Shown here one piece after another: positions 40,901-49,692 of a stretch of DNA of 64,000 nt. The position numbers were made by a program, and so were the translations under genes. The notes below the pieces were generated by a model that was given only the letters and a program-made list of their open reading frames with translations, was not told where the DNA came from and searched no databases. The stretch covers positions 77,556 through 141,555 of the forward strand of contig JAXMBK010000012.1 of assembly GCA_046349935.1 (NCBI GenBank). The letters run 5' to 3'. Numbering within the stretch: the stretch's first letter is position 1; the number at the start of each line of letters is the position of its first letter. The stretch comes from Pirellulales bacterium (GTDB taxonomy: Bacteria; Planctomycetota; Planctomycetia; Pirellulales; Pirellulaceae).

Positions 40901-42611
40901 GGGCCGACAGGTCGGCCTGCGAAGCCTCGTTGTACGAGCCTTGAAACTAGTGGGTGACAGAAGTGATCTACTTGAGTTGCTGACCAAGTTAGACGCCGAA
41001 GAGATCCAAAGAGATCGAACCCAGGCAGAGTCTCTTCGTGCACAACACGCGTATGACGCCGCGATTTATGTCGCTCTCAGGATCGCGAGCACGGCTGGTG
41101 ATCAATTCAGAGAGCATCGAGAATGGGCCGAGGCGTTCCTGTCGTCAAAAGCGGCAGAGTGGGAGCAGCAGAGAGAGTCGGCATTGCAGCGGTTCGAATT
41201 GGCTCCAAAGTTTCGGGAGGTGTGTGACCTTCAGGCTGCCGTTCAGGAGTTGGAGCGGATTCCCGTTGAAATGCGATCCGAACCAATCGACGCTAACCTC
41301 GCACAACTTCGAATTGAGCACGCTGACGCAACTAATCTGAGCCGCGCAATCGAGCAGCAGTTTTCACAAGCAAACCGAGTGGGCCAACTCGAACTTGAGA
41401 CGGTGAATGTAAAGGATCGAACCTCCCTGCGGGCCGCGAACTTTCGGCGAGCCTTACTTGTCGGTTCAACGATCGCGGCGATCACATTTACTGCAGTAAC
41501 GAGCGTTTTCTTGATTCGCTCGACGCAACGAGCATCGGCAGTTTCTCGTGCAATTCGGCAGGGACGATGGGACGATGCGTTGGCAATCGATCCGAGTAGT
41601 ACTCAAGCACTTCTTGGGCGAGCAAAACAACGACTGGATGGATCTGCGTCCGACTTGCACGAGGCAATCGCCGACTTGAATCGAGTCGCGGAGCTCGACC
41701 CGAACAACCGTCAGTTAGCGGATTTACGGGCCTTGGTGGTCGCGTGGGAGTCTCGTTTGGACGGTTCTAAAGCCTCGCAACAGTCGAACGGGCAACAACT
41801 GCCGACGCAAGAGAAGCAAGAAATCAAGACGCACTCAGAAAGCACCCCCCCGGCACAAATGTCCCCGCAGCAACTGCTCCAGCAACGGCCGCTGGTAAAC
41901 AGTATCGGCATGCAGCTGAAACTTCTTCCGGCGGGCACATTCATGATGGGCTCAGCAAGACCTGGCTCACGAGACACGCCTCGACATGTGACACTGACGC
42001 AACCTTTTTACCTGGGCGTCACGGAGGTTACTCAAGAACAGTTTAAGCGAGTGATGGGCAGCAATCCGTCCATCTCTGTTCGCGCACAGAATCCGGTTGA
42101 GAATGTGACTTGGGAAGATGCCGTCGAATTCTGTCGGCGACTATCGGAACTGCCCGAGGAGAGCAAAGCGCGTCGCATGTATCGACTCCCAACTGAAGCC
42201 GAGTGGGAGTACGCTTGTCGGGCGGGGACGACAACGGAGTACTTCTTTGGCGATAGCGGTGCGGACCTGGATCTTTACGCTTGGTACGAAGGTAATTCGG
42301 GCAAGATGGCACATCCGGTATGTCAGAAACAGCCCAACCCTTGGGGTCTGTACGACATGCACGGGAACGTGTGGGAGTGGTGTCACGACTGGCACGGCTA
42401 CCTATCGAGCAGCGAGACAGATCCTACGGGTCCGCCCAGCGGCATGGAGCGTGTCCTCCGAGGCGGCAGTTGGATCAACCCCGCGGCAAGTTGTCGGTCT
42501 ACGCTTCGATACTCGCGTGCTCCGATTCGCCGCGGCCCTCTCGATGGCTTCCGCATCGCTCTGACGCCGTCAAGTGACTCGGCTTACTTGATGCAGGAGC
42601 AACCCAAGTGA
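37974..42611 (+). CDS. Ser/Thr protein kinase with zinc ribbons, tandem helical repeats, TM segment and C-terminal FGE-sulfatase domain
   Basis: Kinase motifs as for 34780..37623. TM segment LLVGSTIAAITFTAVTSVFLI. C-terminal FGE motifs (RLPTEAEWEYACRAG, GLYDMHGNVWEWCHDWH, RGGSW). Confidence 0.85.
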   Translation: MTQNHDPSLGDQETRERVGQPVEPVDRSLGDQSTHGDREASSLGGLSGIIVAHDGPIDVVDLAARYVIEGPVGQGGMGEVLLATDTRLKRKVAIKRVRGAMATNQAALARFATEAQAIAALSHPHIVQIYDYGRDQDGPFLIMEYVDGGSLLDRCQTGPIPLEQAIDLTCQLCDGLAKAHDAGIIHRDIKPANILLTQDGTAKLTDFGLAKAESTDTSMTMAGALLGTLDFMPPEQRRDASLVDARSDLWSLGATLYQMLTGKSPKVIRLHELPKSLQSVLSKALEDRQEARYQSAQEFREALRNSHMTAYDFSGAMIPPAGECPKCRTRNEASRKFCRECAASLRVNCLQCGEGILAWEKICGECGGNQADLVSSRIGELLTECRRAEALRSEHAYDDAISIVEPIESLADERFAQIRTWATDFLSSTNAERDRQLQLAQQHYSDAQRHRDAVDYLAAIYEMQKIPVPLRSTEMVAYLQQLESERVAESDRQLFAEAKRHRKRFDYQSAIQAIKQIPPSRRSRTVAAYLIRLQFDQAEAQQTLKKIEEKISQRDQVGLRKLVARALTLCGDDDGLRDLLTQLDDEAFQKARTRAESFRAKYEYEDALIVARKVATKAGGSISHHREWAEEFLTSTKLEWEQQRKSASQRFELARRYREECDLQAAVQELERISPALRTKDMLAFLDQLQLDCKNNNKLHDARTLAESHRTQHAYEAAMNVAQSVVTAAGDLFRHHREWAEEFLSSTKAEWEQQRESASQRFELARKYREECDLQAAVQELERIPPPLRTKDMAACLDQLQTEQAEAEQLVRIIGEQVSQGKQHGLRQLVVRALQLLGNKSDLCELLTRLDHEELHQARTRAESLRAKHAFKAALSIARKVANKAGDQFRWHREWAEAFLSSTTAEWEQQKESALQRFELARKYREECDLQAAVQELEQIPAGLRTKDMVACLNQLQTDQAEAERLLREIRAQVAEGRQVGLRSLVVRALKLVGDRSDLLELLTKLDAEEIQRDRTQAESLRAQHAYDAAIYVALRIASTAGDQFREHREWAEAFLSSKAAEWEQQRESALQRFELAPKFREVCDLQAAVQELERIPVEMRSEPIDANLAQLRIEHADATNLSRAIEQQFSQANRVGQLELETVNVKDRTSLRAANFRRALLVGSTIAAITFTAVTSVFLIRSTQRASAVSRAIRQGRWDDALAIDPSSTQALLGRAKQRLDGSASDLHEAIADLNRVAELDPNNRQLADLRALVVAWESRLDGSKASQQSNGQQLPTQEKQEIKTHSESTPPAQMSPQQLLQQRPLVNSIGMQLKLLPAGTFMMGSARPGSRDTPRHVTLTQPFYLGVTEVTQEQFKRVMGSNPSISVRAQNPVENVTWEDAVEFCRRLSELPEESKARRMYRLPTEAEWEYACRAGTTTEYFFGDSGADLDLYAWYEGNSGKMAHPVCQKQPNPWGLYDMHGNVWEWCHDWHGYLSSSETDPTGPPSGMERVLRGGSWINPAASCRSTLRYSRAPIRRGPLDGFRIALTPSSDSAYLMQEQPK
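39590..41340 (+). repeat. intragenic tandem repeats (~470 bp / ~157 aa unit, 4-5 copies) within kinase gene 37974..42611
   Basis: Recurring units HREWAE(E/A)FLSST.AEWEQQ.ESA.QRFELARKYREECDLQAAVQELE.IP..LRTKDM seen at the nucleotide level near 39843, 40171, 40647 and 41116. Confidence 0.7.
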
Positions 42612-42734
42612 AGGGACGCTGTAGCGGACCTTTCGAAGTAGAATACGCAGAACATAGGTCTCACGTGCAGAGGAACAGGGCGAAGTGATTTAACCTCCGC
42701 AGTCAGCCCTCACGTTCCGCAAGCGAACAAGCCG

Positions 42735-45700
42735 ATGACTCAGCGAAGAAACCAAAGCCTGGGCGACCAAAAGACACACGAGCGTGTCGGTCAGCCCGTC
42801 GAGCCCGCTGATGGCAGCTTGGGCGAGCAGTCGACGTACGGCGACCGGGAAGCGTCGTCACTCGGCGAACTGTCGGGCAGGATCGTGGCACACGACAGCC
42901 CCATCGACGTCGTCGATCTGGCGGCTCGCTATGTGATCGAAGGGCATGTCGGCCAGGGCGGCATGGGTGAAGTGCTGCTGGCGACCGATACGCGGCTCAA
43001 ACGCAAAGTCGCCATCAAACGCGTCCACGGAGCGATGGCGACAAACTCCTCTGCCCTCGCCCGTTTTGCCACCGAAGCACAGGCCATCGCCGCCCTGAGC
43101 CATCCGCACATCGTCCAGATCTACGACTACGGGCGCGACCAGGACGGCCCCTTCTTGATCATGGAGTACGTCGACGGCGGGAGCCTCCTCGAGCGGTGCC
43201 GCGACGGTGCGTTGCCGGTGGAGCAAGTGATCACCCTCGCCTGCCAGCTCTGCGATGGACTCGCCAAGGCTCACGACGCGGGCATCATCCACCGCGATAT
43301 CAAGCCCGCGAACATTCTCCTCACCAAGGACGGCCACGCCAAACTCACCGACTTCGGCTTAGCCAAAGCCGAAGCCGCCGACCACGGCATGACCATGACC
43401 GGTGCGGTGCTCGGCACGCTCGACTACATGGCCCCCGAACAGCGTCGCGACGCGTCGCTCGTTGATGCACGGAGCGATCTGTGGAGTCTCGCGGCGACGT
43501 TGTACCAGATGGCGACCGGCAAGAGCCCAAAGGTGATTCGCCTCCATGACCTGCCGAAGTCGCTGCAGACGGTCCTCGGCAAGGCCTTGGAGGACGAAAA
43601 GGAAGACCGTTATCAGACCGCACGCGAGTTCAAAGAGGCGTTGCAAACCAGCCAGTCGCATAAGGCAACCGGCGTTGACTTGGCGGAAGGCGACTGCCCC
43701 CACTGCGGCGCGACGAATCCCACAAACCGTAAATTCTGCCGCGAATGTGCGAACTCGTTGGAGGTGCCGTGTCTTTCGTGTGCGCAAAAAATCCCCATGT
43801 GGGAGACTGTCTGCGATCATTGCGGGACGAAGCAGCGCCCGTTGCTTGAGCAACGTCGCCAGCAGATGGCCGCGCAGCAGTCGGAGGCGGAGACGCGAAT
43901 CAAGAATCACGACTTCGACGGCTCCGCGAAGCTGGCTATCGAATTGCGCGACGAATCGGACCTCCGTCTGCGACATCTGAGTGCTTGGGCAGAACGTTTT
44001 CTGACAGAACTCGACGAGACGCGGACTCAGGAGCTCGCGCGTATCGGCCAACTCGTGCGGGAAGCCAAGGCGCATCAGGCGGCATACGACTATGCCGCGG
44101 GTCTGCGCGCCCTCGAGACGGTGCCCGAGATTCTTGCAACCGCCAAACTTCGCGGACATCGGATGACCGTCAACGTCCTGCGAACGTCACTCCAACGTCA
44201 ATTGGACGAAGTCACGCGTCTTGAACGATTGATTCGCGACCGTATCGCCGCTCGCGAGCTCAACGACCTGCTGCCGGAAGTGAACCGACTGCTCGGCCTG
44301 CAACCCAGTCGTACGGATCTGCAACAACTGCGAGATCAGCTGACGCAGCGCGAGGCCAAGTTACGTGCGACTCGTGACGAAGCGTACGCTGCCGCGCTGA
44401 AGCTGTTCGCCGCGCACGACTACGAGAATTGCCTGAAGCAGCTTGCCAGGATCGACACCTCATTGGTCGATGAGGCTATCCGTAATCTGCAAGAGCGTGC
44501 AGGTGCTAGCCTTGAGCGCATCCGGAGCCTACGAAAGACGATCGCCGCTCGCGTAAGCGCAAAGCAGCTTGCGGGCCTGCTAGACGAGGTCGAAGAGTGC
44601 CTGAATCTGCAGCCTAACGCAACCGACTTGAAGAAGTTGCACGTCCAATTGAGAGCTCAATTTCGTCAGATCCAGCAGCGTGACAATGCCTTCAATGAGG
44701 CTCGGAAGCTTCTTTCCGCGGGAAACGCTATTGAAGCCATGAACCTGCTTTGCAATGTGCAATCGTTCGAGCTCACGGCCGAGCAGGTGCAGTTTAAGGC
44801 ACGGATTGAGGCAATAGTGGCAGCGGAACTAGAGTTGGCTGCGTTTTTGAAGGTGGCGGAGGCTGATGGCGTAATTGAACTGCAGGAAGCCATCGTGTTG
44901 CTGGACAAGGCCTGCGATTACCTGAAGCTGAATCCCCATCATGCGAAGATCACAAAGCTCCAGGAGGATGTTCTGAGGCGTTTACGGCAGTCCGCGGTGG
45001 CCGACCTGAACTCGCTTCCCATGAACGTCTTCCAGGTACTTGTTCGCGACATGTTAACGCGGGCCAAGGAAGTCGACAGACCGACGCTCTGGACATATTT
45101 GATTGAGGCCGTTGCCGGTCATGAGGAAAAGCTAGTCATCGTGATGCATTTGTCGCACGACATGTCTGACGAATCGCTCTCATTAGCCATCGAGCGTCTT
45201 GGGGCGAGCATAGCCAAGGTACCGCCGGAAAATCGTCGCGAGATTGGCTTAAGGTTTGTAGAGACGCTGAACTCGCTGCATCGTTCGCCAGCCGAGTTCA
45301 GTCTGCGTCTGGATCGTTTACGACGTGTACAACGATTGATCGGTGATTTGCAGGAGTCGCAGGCCGCGTCGGGCAATGTGGAGCCGTTTTGGTCGCCGAT
45401 TGAGCGTCTGAATGCTTGGTTGCGAGTCCCTGAGATCATCAAGCAAGCGGAGTGGGACGCCAGCCGCAACTCGATTAGGCGTGGCGAGACGCAGGGCGAC
45501 TTGCAGTATCGAGTGGGGAAGCAATTGGCGGAGACCCTGTCTCGCGCCTTACCTCATGGCACTCAAGGCGAGACGATGAGTACCCATGAGAAGGCGATGG
45601 CCATGTATCAGGTGCTGCAATACCTCCATGCCACGGAACTGGTGTCGATCGACTGGCGTAATCGCGCTGCTTACTATCTGGAGTATCATCATTGGCATGA

Positions 45701-47417
45701 TGCGGCCGGATCGCAGTCGGCCGGTAGTTACCGCAAGAATCTGTTGATGATTGCGGGCGGTTTCGGGGGATTGGTCGCCGTGTTGGTGCTCGGACTGTTG
45801 TTCTCGATGTCGAGCGACACAGAAGTCGCGAAAGGGAAGACGAAAGCTGCCGGCTCGAATCCACCTGCGACCAGCAATTCGACGACGAAGCCCGCAAGGG
45901 CGAATCTGCGAACTTCCGTCGTTCCGCCGCCTGTAAAGCCGCTGGTCGTTGCGCCGCCGACGGCGCCCCCGCCGCCGCCCGCGGGCGAGGCGGCGAAAGC
46001 GGAGCAGGATTTGAATAGTCTGCCAGATGAGCAGAAGGACAAAGGCGCCGCGTCGCAAGCGGCGAATGTCGAGGACTCAGCGCAACCCAAGCCGATGGGG
46101 CCGCAGATGCCGCCGCCGCTCGAGCGCGACTGGGAGATCGCCGAGGCACCGCTGAAGCCGGAAGCCAAACTGCCGATTTACATGCCGCTGCCGCCAGTGG
46201 GTGCGTCAGTCCAAGGATTCTCGCCAGAAACGCTGTTTCGATGGGTGATCTGGAGCCAAGAGAATGTGCGATTGGATGCGACGCCGTTAGTCGTGCATGG
46301 GCTCAAAGAAGCAACGGCGACGTGGCGTGCGACGAAGCCAGGTAAAACAACGGTGAGCGTCGAGGAAGTGCAAAAAATCCTAGACGGGACGCCCATTCGC
46401 GCGACGGATAGCGACGGCACCCAATACGAGATCGCCAAGTTCTTCGTCCATCGGGCTCCGGGGAAAGTGACTTTGGAGATGAAGCTGCTGAATGGCATCT
46501 CGCGCAATTTGTTTGAGATTCAGCGTCAGCTGTTCTTCTGCATCGTTGAATTCAGCGACACAACGGGAAGAAAACACTTCGTATCGCTAATGCCCCCCGC
46601 GGAAAGCGCCGCCGTTCCCGTGGATTGGGAGAGCATCAAGAATGGAAACTTGACAAGTTCGACGGGACTCGATGATCGCATCCTTCGCCCCGAAGCGGGA
46701 GGAGATTTGCAGCGGCTCTTTGTAGCTCGAGCCACGCTGAAATGGATTGATGACTCGACCGTAAGTGTGGGCGGACGATCGTGGCGCGAGGCGCCGGAAC
46801 ATGAAGAGTGGCCGTTGAAGTATGACGGAATTGACGGATTGGCCGAGGGGACCAAGCTGGGAGTTCGTTGGGCGGTGGATGCCAAACGAAGTTCGCTGTG
46901 TGTATACACGCCTAAATACAGTTCGCCAATGCTCGATCAAGAAATCAGTGATCTCAAGGCGCGCTCGCAGACGATCTGGGACGCTCGCCGCCAGTTGCGG
47001 AATGCCAAGATAGAAGAGAATGAAGCGAAGCGTATGAAGCAACTTCTGACGAGCATTGAGCGTCTTGCGAAAGTTTTGGATCTCCCTGTCAAGAAGTTTC
47101 CCGATCGGCCAAATCCAGCGGGGGCGGCTGACAAGCGGCGAGAAGTCGAAGCTGCTTTTTCCAAAGAAGTCGCTGAGTTTGACAAGTGGGTGGAATTCCT
47201 GGGAGGCAAGGCTGATGATTTGAAAGCGGAGATCGACGCGAAGATCGCCGATGCCATTCGCCGCAAGGCGGACGCCATGCAACGTCACGCCAACGCTGAA
47301 AAGACGCTCAAAGAACGAGCCAAAAGCATCGAAGCCGAACTGTTTCGCGTGGTGACGACGAAGGACGGACGACGGATTCGAGTGCCGGTAATGGTGTATC
47401 CCTCGAAGGACCTCTAA
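42735..47417 (+). CDS. Ser/Thr protein kinase with zinc ribbons, long coiled-coil region, TM segment and large C-terminal extracytoplasmic region
   Basis: Kinase motifs as for 34780..37623. TM segment LLMIAGGFGGLVAVLVLGLLFSM. First ~100 codons ~90% identical to 37974..42611 (tandem paralog). Confidence 0.85.
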   Translation: MTQRRNQSLGDQKTHERVGQPVEPADGSLGEQSTYGDREASSLGELSGRIVAHDSPIDVVDLAARYVIEGHVGQGGMGEVLLATDTRLKRKVAIKRVHGAMATNSSALARFATEAQAIAALSHPHIVQIYDYGRDQDGPFLIMEYVDGGSLLERCRDGALPVEQVITLACQLCDGLAKAHDAGIIHRDIKPANILLTKDGHAKLTDFGLAKAEAADHGMTMTGAVLGTLDYMAPEQRRDASLVDARSDLWSLAATLYQMATGKSPKVIRLHDLPKSLQTVLGKALEDEKEDRYQTAREFKEALQTSQSHKATGVDLAEGDCPHCGATNPTNRKFCRECANSLEVPCLSCAQKIPMWETVCDHCGTKQRPLLEQRRQQMAAQQSEAETRIKNHDFDGSAKLAIELRDESDLRLRHLSAWAERFLTELDETRTQELARIGQLVREAKAHQAAYDYAAGLRALETVPEILATAKLRGHRMTVNVLRTSLQRQLDEVTRLERLIRDRIAARELNDLLPEVNRLLGLQPSRTDLQQLRDQLTQREAKLRATRDEAYAAALKLFAAHDYENCLKQLARIDTSLVDEAIRNLQERAGASLERIRSLRKTIAARVSAKQLAGLLDEVEECLNLQPNATDLKKLHVQLRAQFRQIQQRDNAFNEARKLLSAGNAIEAMNLLCNVQSFELTAEQVQFKARIEAIVAAELELAAFLKVAEADGVIELQEAIVLLDKACDYLKLNPHHAKITKLQEDVLRRLRQSAVADLNSLPMNVFQVLVRDMLTRAKEVDRPTLWTYLIEAVAGHEEKLVIVMHLSHDMSDESLSLAIERLGASIAKVPPENRREIGLRFVETLNSLHRSPAEFSLRLDRLRRVQRLIGDLQESQAASGNVEPFWSPIERLNAWLRVPEIIKQAEWDASRNSIRRGETQGDLQYRVGKQLAETLSRALPHGTQGETMSTHEKAMAMYQVLQYLHATELVSIDWRNRAAYYLEYHHWHDAAGSQSAGSYRKNLLMIAGGFGGLVAVLVLGLLFSMSSDTEVAKGKTKAAGSNPPATSNSTTKPARANLRTSVVPPPVKPLVVAPPTAPPPPPAGEAAKAEQDLNSLPDEQKDKGAASQAANVEDSAQPKPMGPQMPPPLERDWEIAEAPLKPEAKLPIYMPLPPVGASVQGFSPETLFRWVIWSQENVRLDATPLVVHGLKEATATWRATKPGKTTVSVEEVQKILDGTPIRATDSDGTQYEIAKFFVHRAPGKVTLEMKLLNGISRNLFEIQRQLFFCIVEFSDTTGRKHFVSLMPPAESAAVPVDWESIKNGNLTSSTGLDDRILRPEAGGDLQRLFVARATLKWIDDSTVSVGGRSWREAPEHEEWPLKYDGIDGLAEGTKLGVRWAVDAKRSSLCVYTPKYSSPMLDQEISDLKARSQTIWDARRQLRNAKIEENEAKRMKQLLTSIERLAKVLDLPVKKFPDRPNPAGAADKRREVEAAFSKEVAEFDKWVEFLGGKADDLKAEIDAKIADAIRRKADAMQRHANAEKTLKERAKSIEAELFRVVTTKDGRRIRVPVMVYPSKDL

Positions 47418-47655
47418 CTGGGTGATTGACAGTCTTGGATTCGCAAGCGATTGCCATTCGGTCCAACCCGCCAAGCCTTCGACCAGACGCTCGTTGGACA
47501 AATGTCCCACTTGCCATAACGGGCCAGTGTGTGCGGCGAGCATCCAAGCGACCGGTGGGGACGCGAATCGCACGCCAGCTTGCTGCATTCCGCTGGATAT
47601 CGACAGCCCAGTTTCTCGGTAACGGTCGTCGAGCAGCGACACTTGGTTCGACACG

Positions 47656-48579
47656 TTACGGAGCGAGCCTGGCAGTCCGTTCCTCCAGCAGCTCTCGATA
47701 CTCGGCCTTTTGTTCGGCCGGCAGAAAGCAGCGTTCGAGCAGACCACTCGCCTCGGGCAAGGCCGCAGTCTGGGCATCCAGCACGCGGGCGGCCGCTTTC
47801 GCGGGAAGCTGGCAATACTCGGCAAACGCGAGCCAGTGCTTGCGGTCGAGGTTGTCCTTCTTGCCCAAGATCGAAAGCGCCAGAGGATCGTTGGGAATCA
47901 CCAGCCGCGTACAGACCAGGTCATACGCAGGCGTCAGCCGAATGACGCCTTGTTCATCTACGAGCAACGAGAAATTCTTGAGGTGCATGTCGCCGTTGCC
48001 GCTCCACCACACAAACACCAACAACCGATAGAACTTCTGGATTTCGATCAGCGGTTCCGAAGCGAATCGACGTACCAATTTCACGCTGCGTTCGGCCGAA
48101 GACTCGTACTTCTCCTTCGGCGACAGCTCGGCCAGTTGACAGAAATCCTCTTGCCGGAGTTTCTTACCGTTCTCCAGCCGGTCGAACCGGCGCACGATGA
48201 ACGCGAGCGAACCATCCTTGAGCGACACCAGACCGAACCGCCCCACGTCGATGCCGACAAGCTGCGCGAGTCGCGTCGTCACATGCTCGTTCTCCGGCAG
48301 CGACGGGTAAGCCTCCGTTTGCGGCTTGAGTATGAACCGCCCTGCCCCGGCGGCGACCTGGAGCGTTTCGCGGTCCGCGGAGAGATTCACCGAGATCTTC
48401 TTCTGAGCCCCTGATAACGAGGTGTGACCGACCATGGCAAGCGCTGCCGTATGTAGTCGGCCAATTTCGATCTCCAGCTTGGGCGGTCGGGCGGAGCCGA
48501 ACAAGTTGCGGACGCAGCGGGCATGATACGCTTCCCCGTCGTCAACCCATTCCAAGCAGATACGACAGGCTTCACTCAT
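47656..48579 (-). CDS. hipT: HipA C-terminal kinase-domain toxin (HipT-like)
   Basis: HipA-family catalytic motif VWWSGNGDMHLKNFSLL. Start taken at the ATG in an ATGA overlap with the upstream gene's stop. Confidence 0.7.
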   Translation of the reverse strand: MSEACRICLEWVDDGEAYHARCVRNLFGSARPPKLEIEIGRLHTAALAMVGHTSLSGAQKKISVNLSADRETLQVAAGAGRFILKPQTEAYPSLPENEHVTTRLAQLVGIDVGRFGLVSLKDGSLAFIVRRFDRLENGKKLRQEDFCQLAELSPKEKYESSAERSVKLVRRFASEPLIEIQKFYRLLVFVWWSGNGDMHLKNFSLLVDEQGVIRLTPAYDLVCTRLVIPNDPLALSILGKKDNLDRKHWLAFAEYCQLPAKAAARVLDAQTAALPEASGLLERCFLPAEQKAEYRELLEERTARLAP

Positions 48580-48914
48580 ACTCCCTCCTCCTCCGGCAAG
48601 GGAATGATCTCCACGGCGCCGACGCAATCGGCGCAGGTCGCCAGCAGCAGACCAAAGGCGTCGTCCTTGCTGATCTTCAGCTTCTTGGTTGCCAGCTCGA
48701 GCAGCCAACCCTCCGGCAGCAGGTTTTCAAAGAACGGATGGAGCCCGTCCGAAATATACGGCTCGCCACGCACTGGCAAGGTCAGCGAAACGGGGACCGC
48801 CGCCGGATTGGAGATCCACTCGGCCGTATAGCGGAACTCAACTTGCCGGCCCGTCTCGCGGAGTACACCGACGCATTGTCCGTCGAGACGAACTTCAGCG
48901 CTGCGTTTCTTCAT
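48576..48914 (-). CDS. hipS: HipA N-terminal-domain-like small protein (HipS-like)
   Basis: ~112 aa resembling the HipA N-terminal subdomain (VGVLRE...FRY...LPVRGEPY...FENLLPEGW). Start taken at the internal ATG 48914. Confidence 0.6.
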   Translation of the reverse strand: MKKRSAEVRLDGQCVGVLRETGRQVEFRYTAEWISNPAAVPVSLTLPVRGEPYISDGLHPFFENLLPEGWLLELATKKLKISKDDAFGLLLATCADCVGAVEIIPLPEEEGV

Positions 48915-49158
48915 CAGGCGTCTCCTTCGGCGCGTCGACGATCCCCAGCTGTTTGCCGAACACGGCCAAGACCTTATTGACTTCGTGAAGCCGTACCGTG
49001 CTCTTGGCCCGCTCGAGCTCCGAGATGAAACGCGTGCCGACACCCGCTAACTCGGCCAATTCTCGTTGCGATAACCGGCTCGCCTTGCGGCGGGTCCGAA
49101 CAAAGACGCTCAGCGTCTGGTGGCCGTTGCTTATCATGCTCCATTCCCGAAAGGGCAT
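48895..49158 (-). CDS. hipB: XRE-family HTH transcriptional regulator (HipB-like antitoxin)
   Basis: Cro/C1-type HTH (LSQRELAELAGVGTRFISELERAK). First gene of a three-gene overlapping operon. Confidence 0.7.
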   Translation of the reverse strand: MPFREWSMISNGHQTLSVFVRTRRKASRLSQRELAELAGVGTRFISELERAKSTVRLHEVNKVLAVFGKQLGIVDAPKETPDEETQR

Positions 49159-49498
49159 ATGCGTTGGATGCCGAGGGAATTCTACCGCGAAAAACGGGCA
49201 TATTCAAGAGAATGATCCCGAACGGGAACAGAAGACCATTCCGATGCCGAGGTTGACCAAGGCGGGGGACCGATCTTTCGATATGTTCCCGATCGGGCAT
49301 GACATTCGCGGTAACACGACGATTCGGGCGACAGCCCGCAATCGAGGAATCAGGTCATGGGTTTAAGTACTATCGGGTACGAATTGAGGGCTCAGGTACT
49401 ACCGTTTTTGGCCCCTTTTTGTATCGTTTCGCTACATCTTGCACGAGTCGCATTTTTGCTGTAACTTCCGCCCCCATCGACGGTTCTCGTTGTAACGT

Positions 49499-49562
49499 CT
49501 AGTCGGCTAGTGCAATTTGGGGTGCAAGAGGTCGTGGGTTCAAATCCCGCCACCCCGACTAG
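49499..49562 (+). other. tRNA-like remnant (D-like hairpin, T-arm GTGGGTTCAAATCCCGC, 8-bp closing stem), putative integration att site
   Basis: Canonical T-loop TTCAAAT with a 5-bp stem. An acceptor-like strand CACCCCG is closed by ctagtcgg/ccgactag. There is no anticodon arm, so this is not a complete tRNA. Lies 130 bp upstream of the integrase. Confidence 0.3.
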
Positions 49563-49692
49563 ACTTACGACGATTCCTTTTCGCAGTTGCATCAGCAAAT
49601 TGCATCACGAACCGCCCGCGAACGGCAATTCGCAGGCGGTTTGGCGAGCCTTCCGACTCGACTGTTGTTTCACACAGTGGGAGGGCTCGACG

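Noticed and set aside
34780-42611. Kinase-linked FGE domains as additional DGR targets
   Set aside because: Their C-terminal coding sequences (GFRVALNCTG and GFRIALTPSS regions) show no nucleotide match to the TR.
49499-49562. A complete tRNA gene next to the integrase
   Set aside because: I could not build a cloverleaf with an anticodon arm. Only T-arm, D-like and acceptor-like elements are present, so I call it a remnant at low confidence rather than a tRNA.
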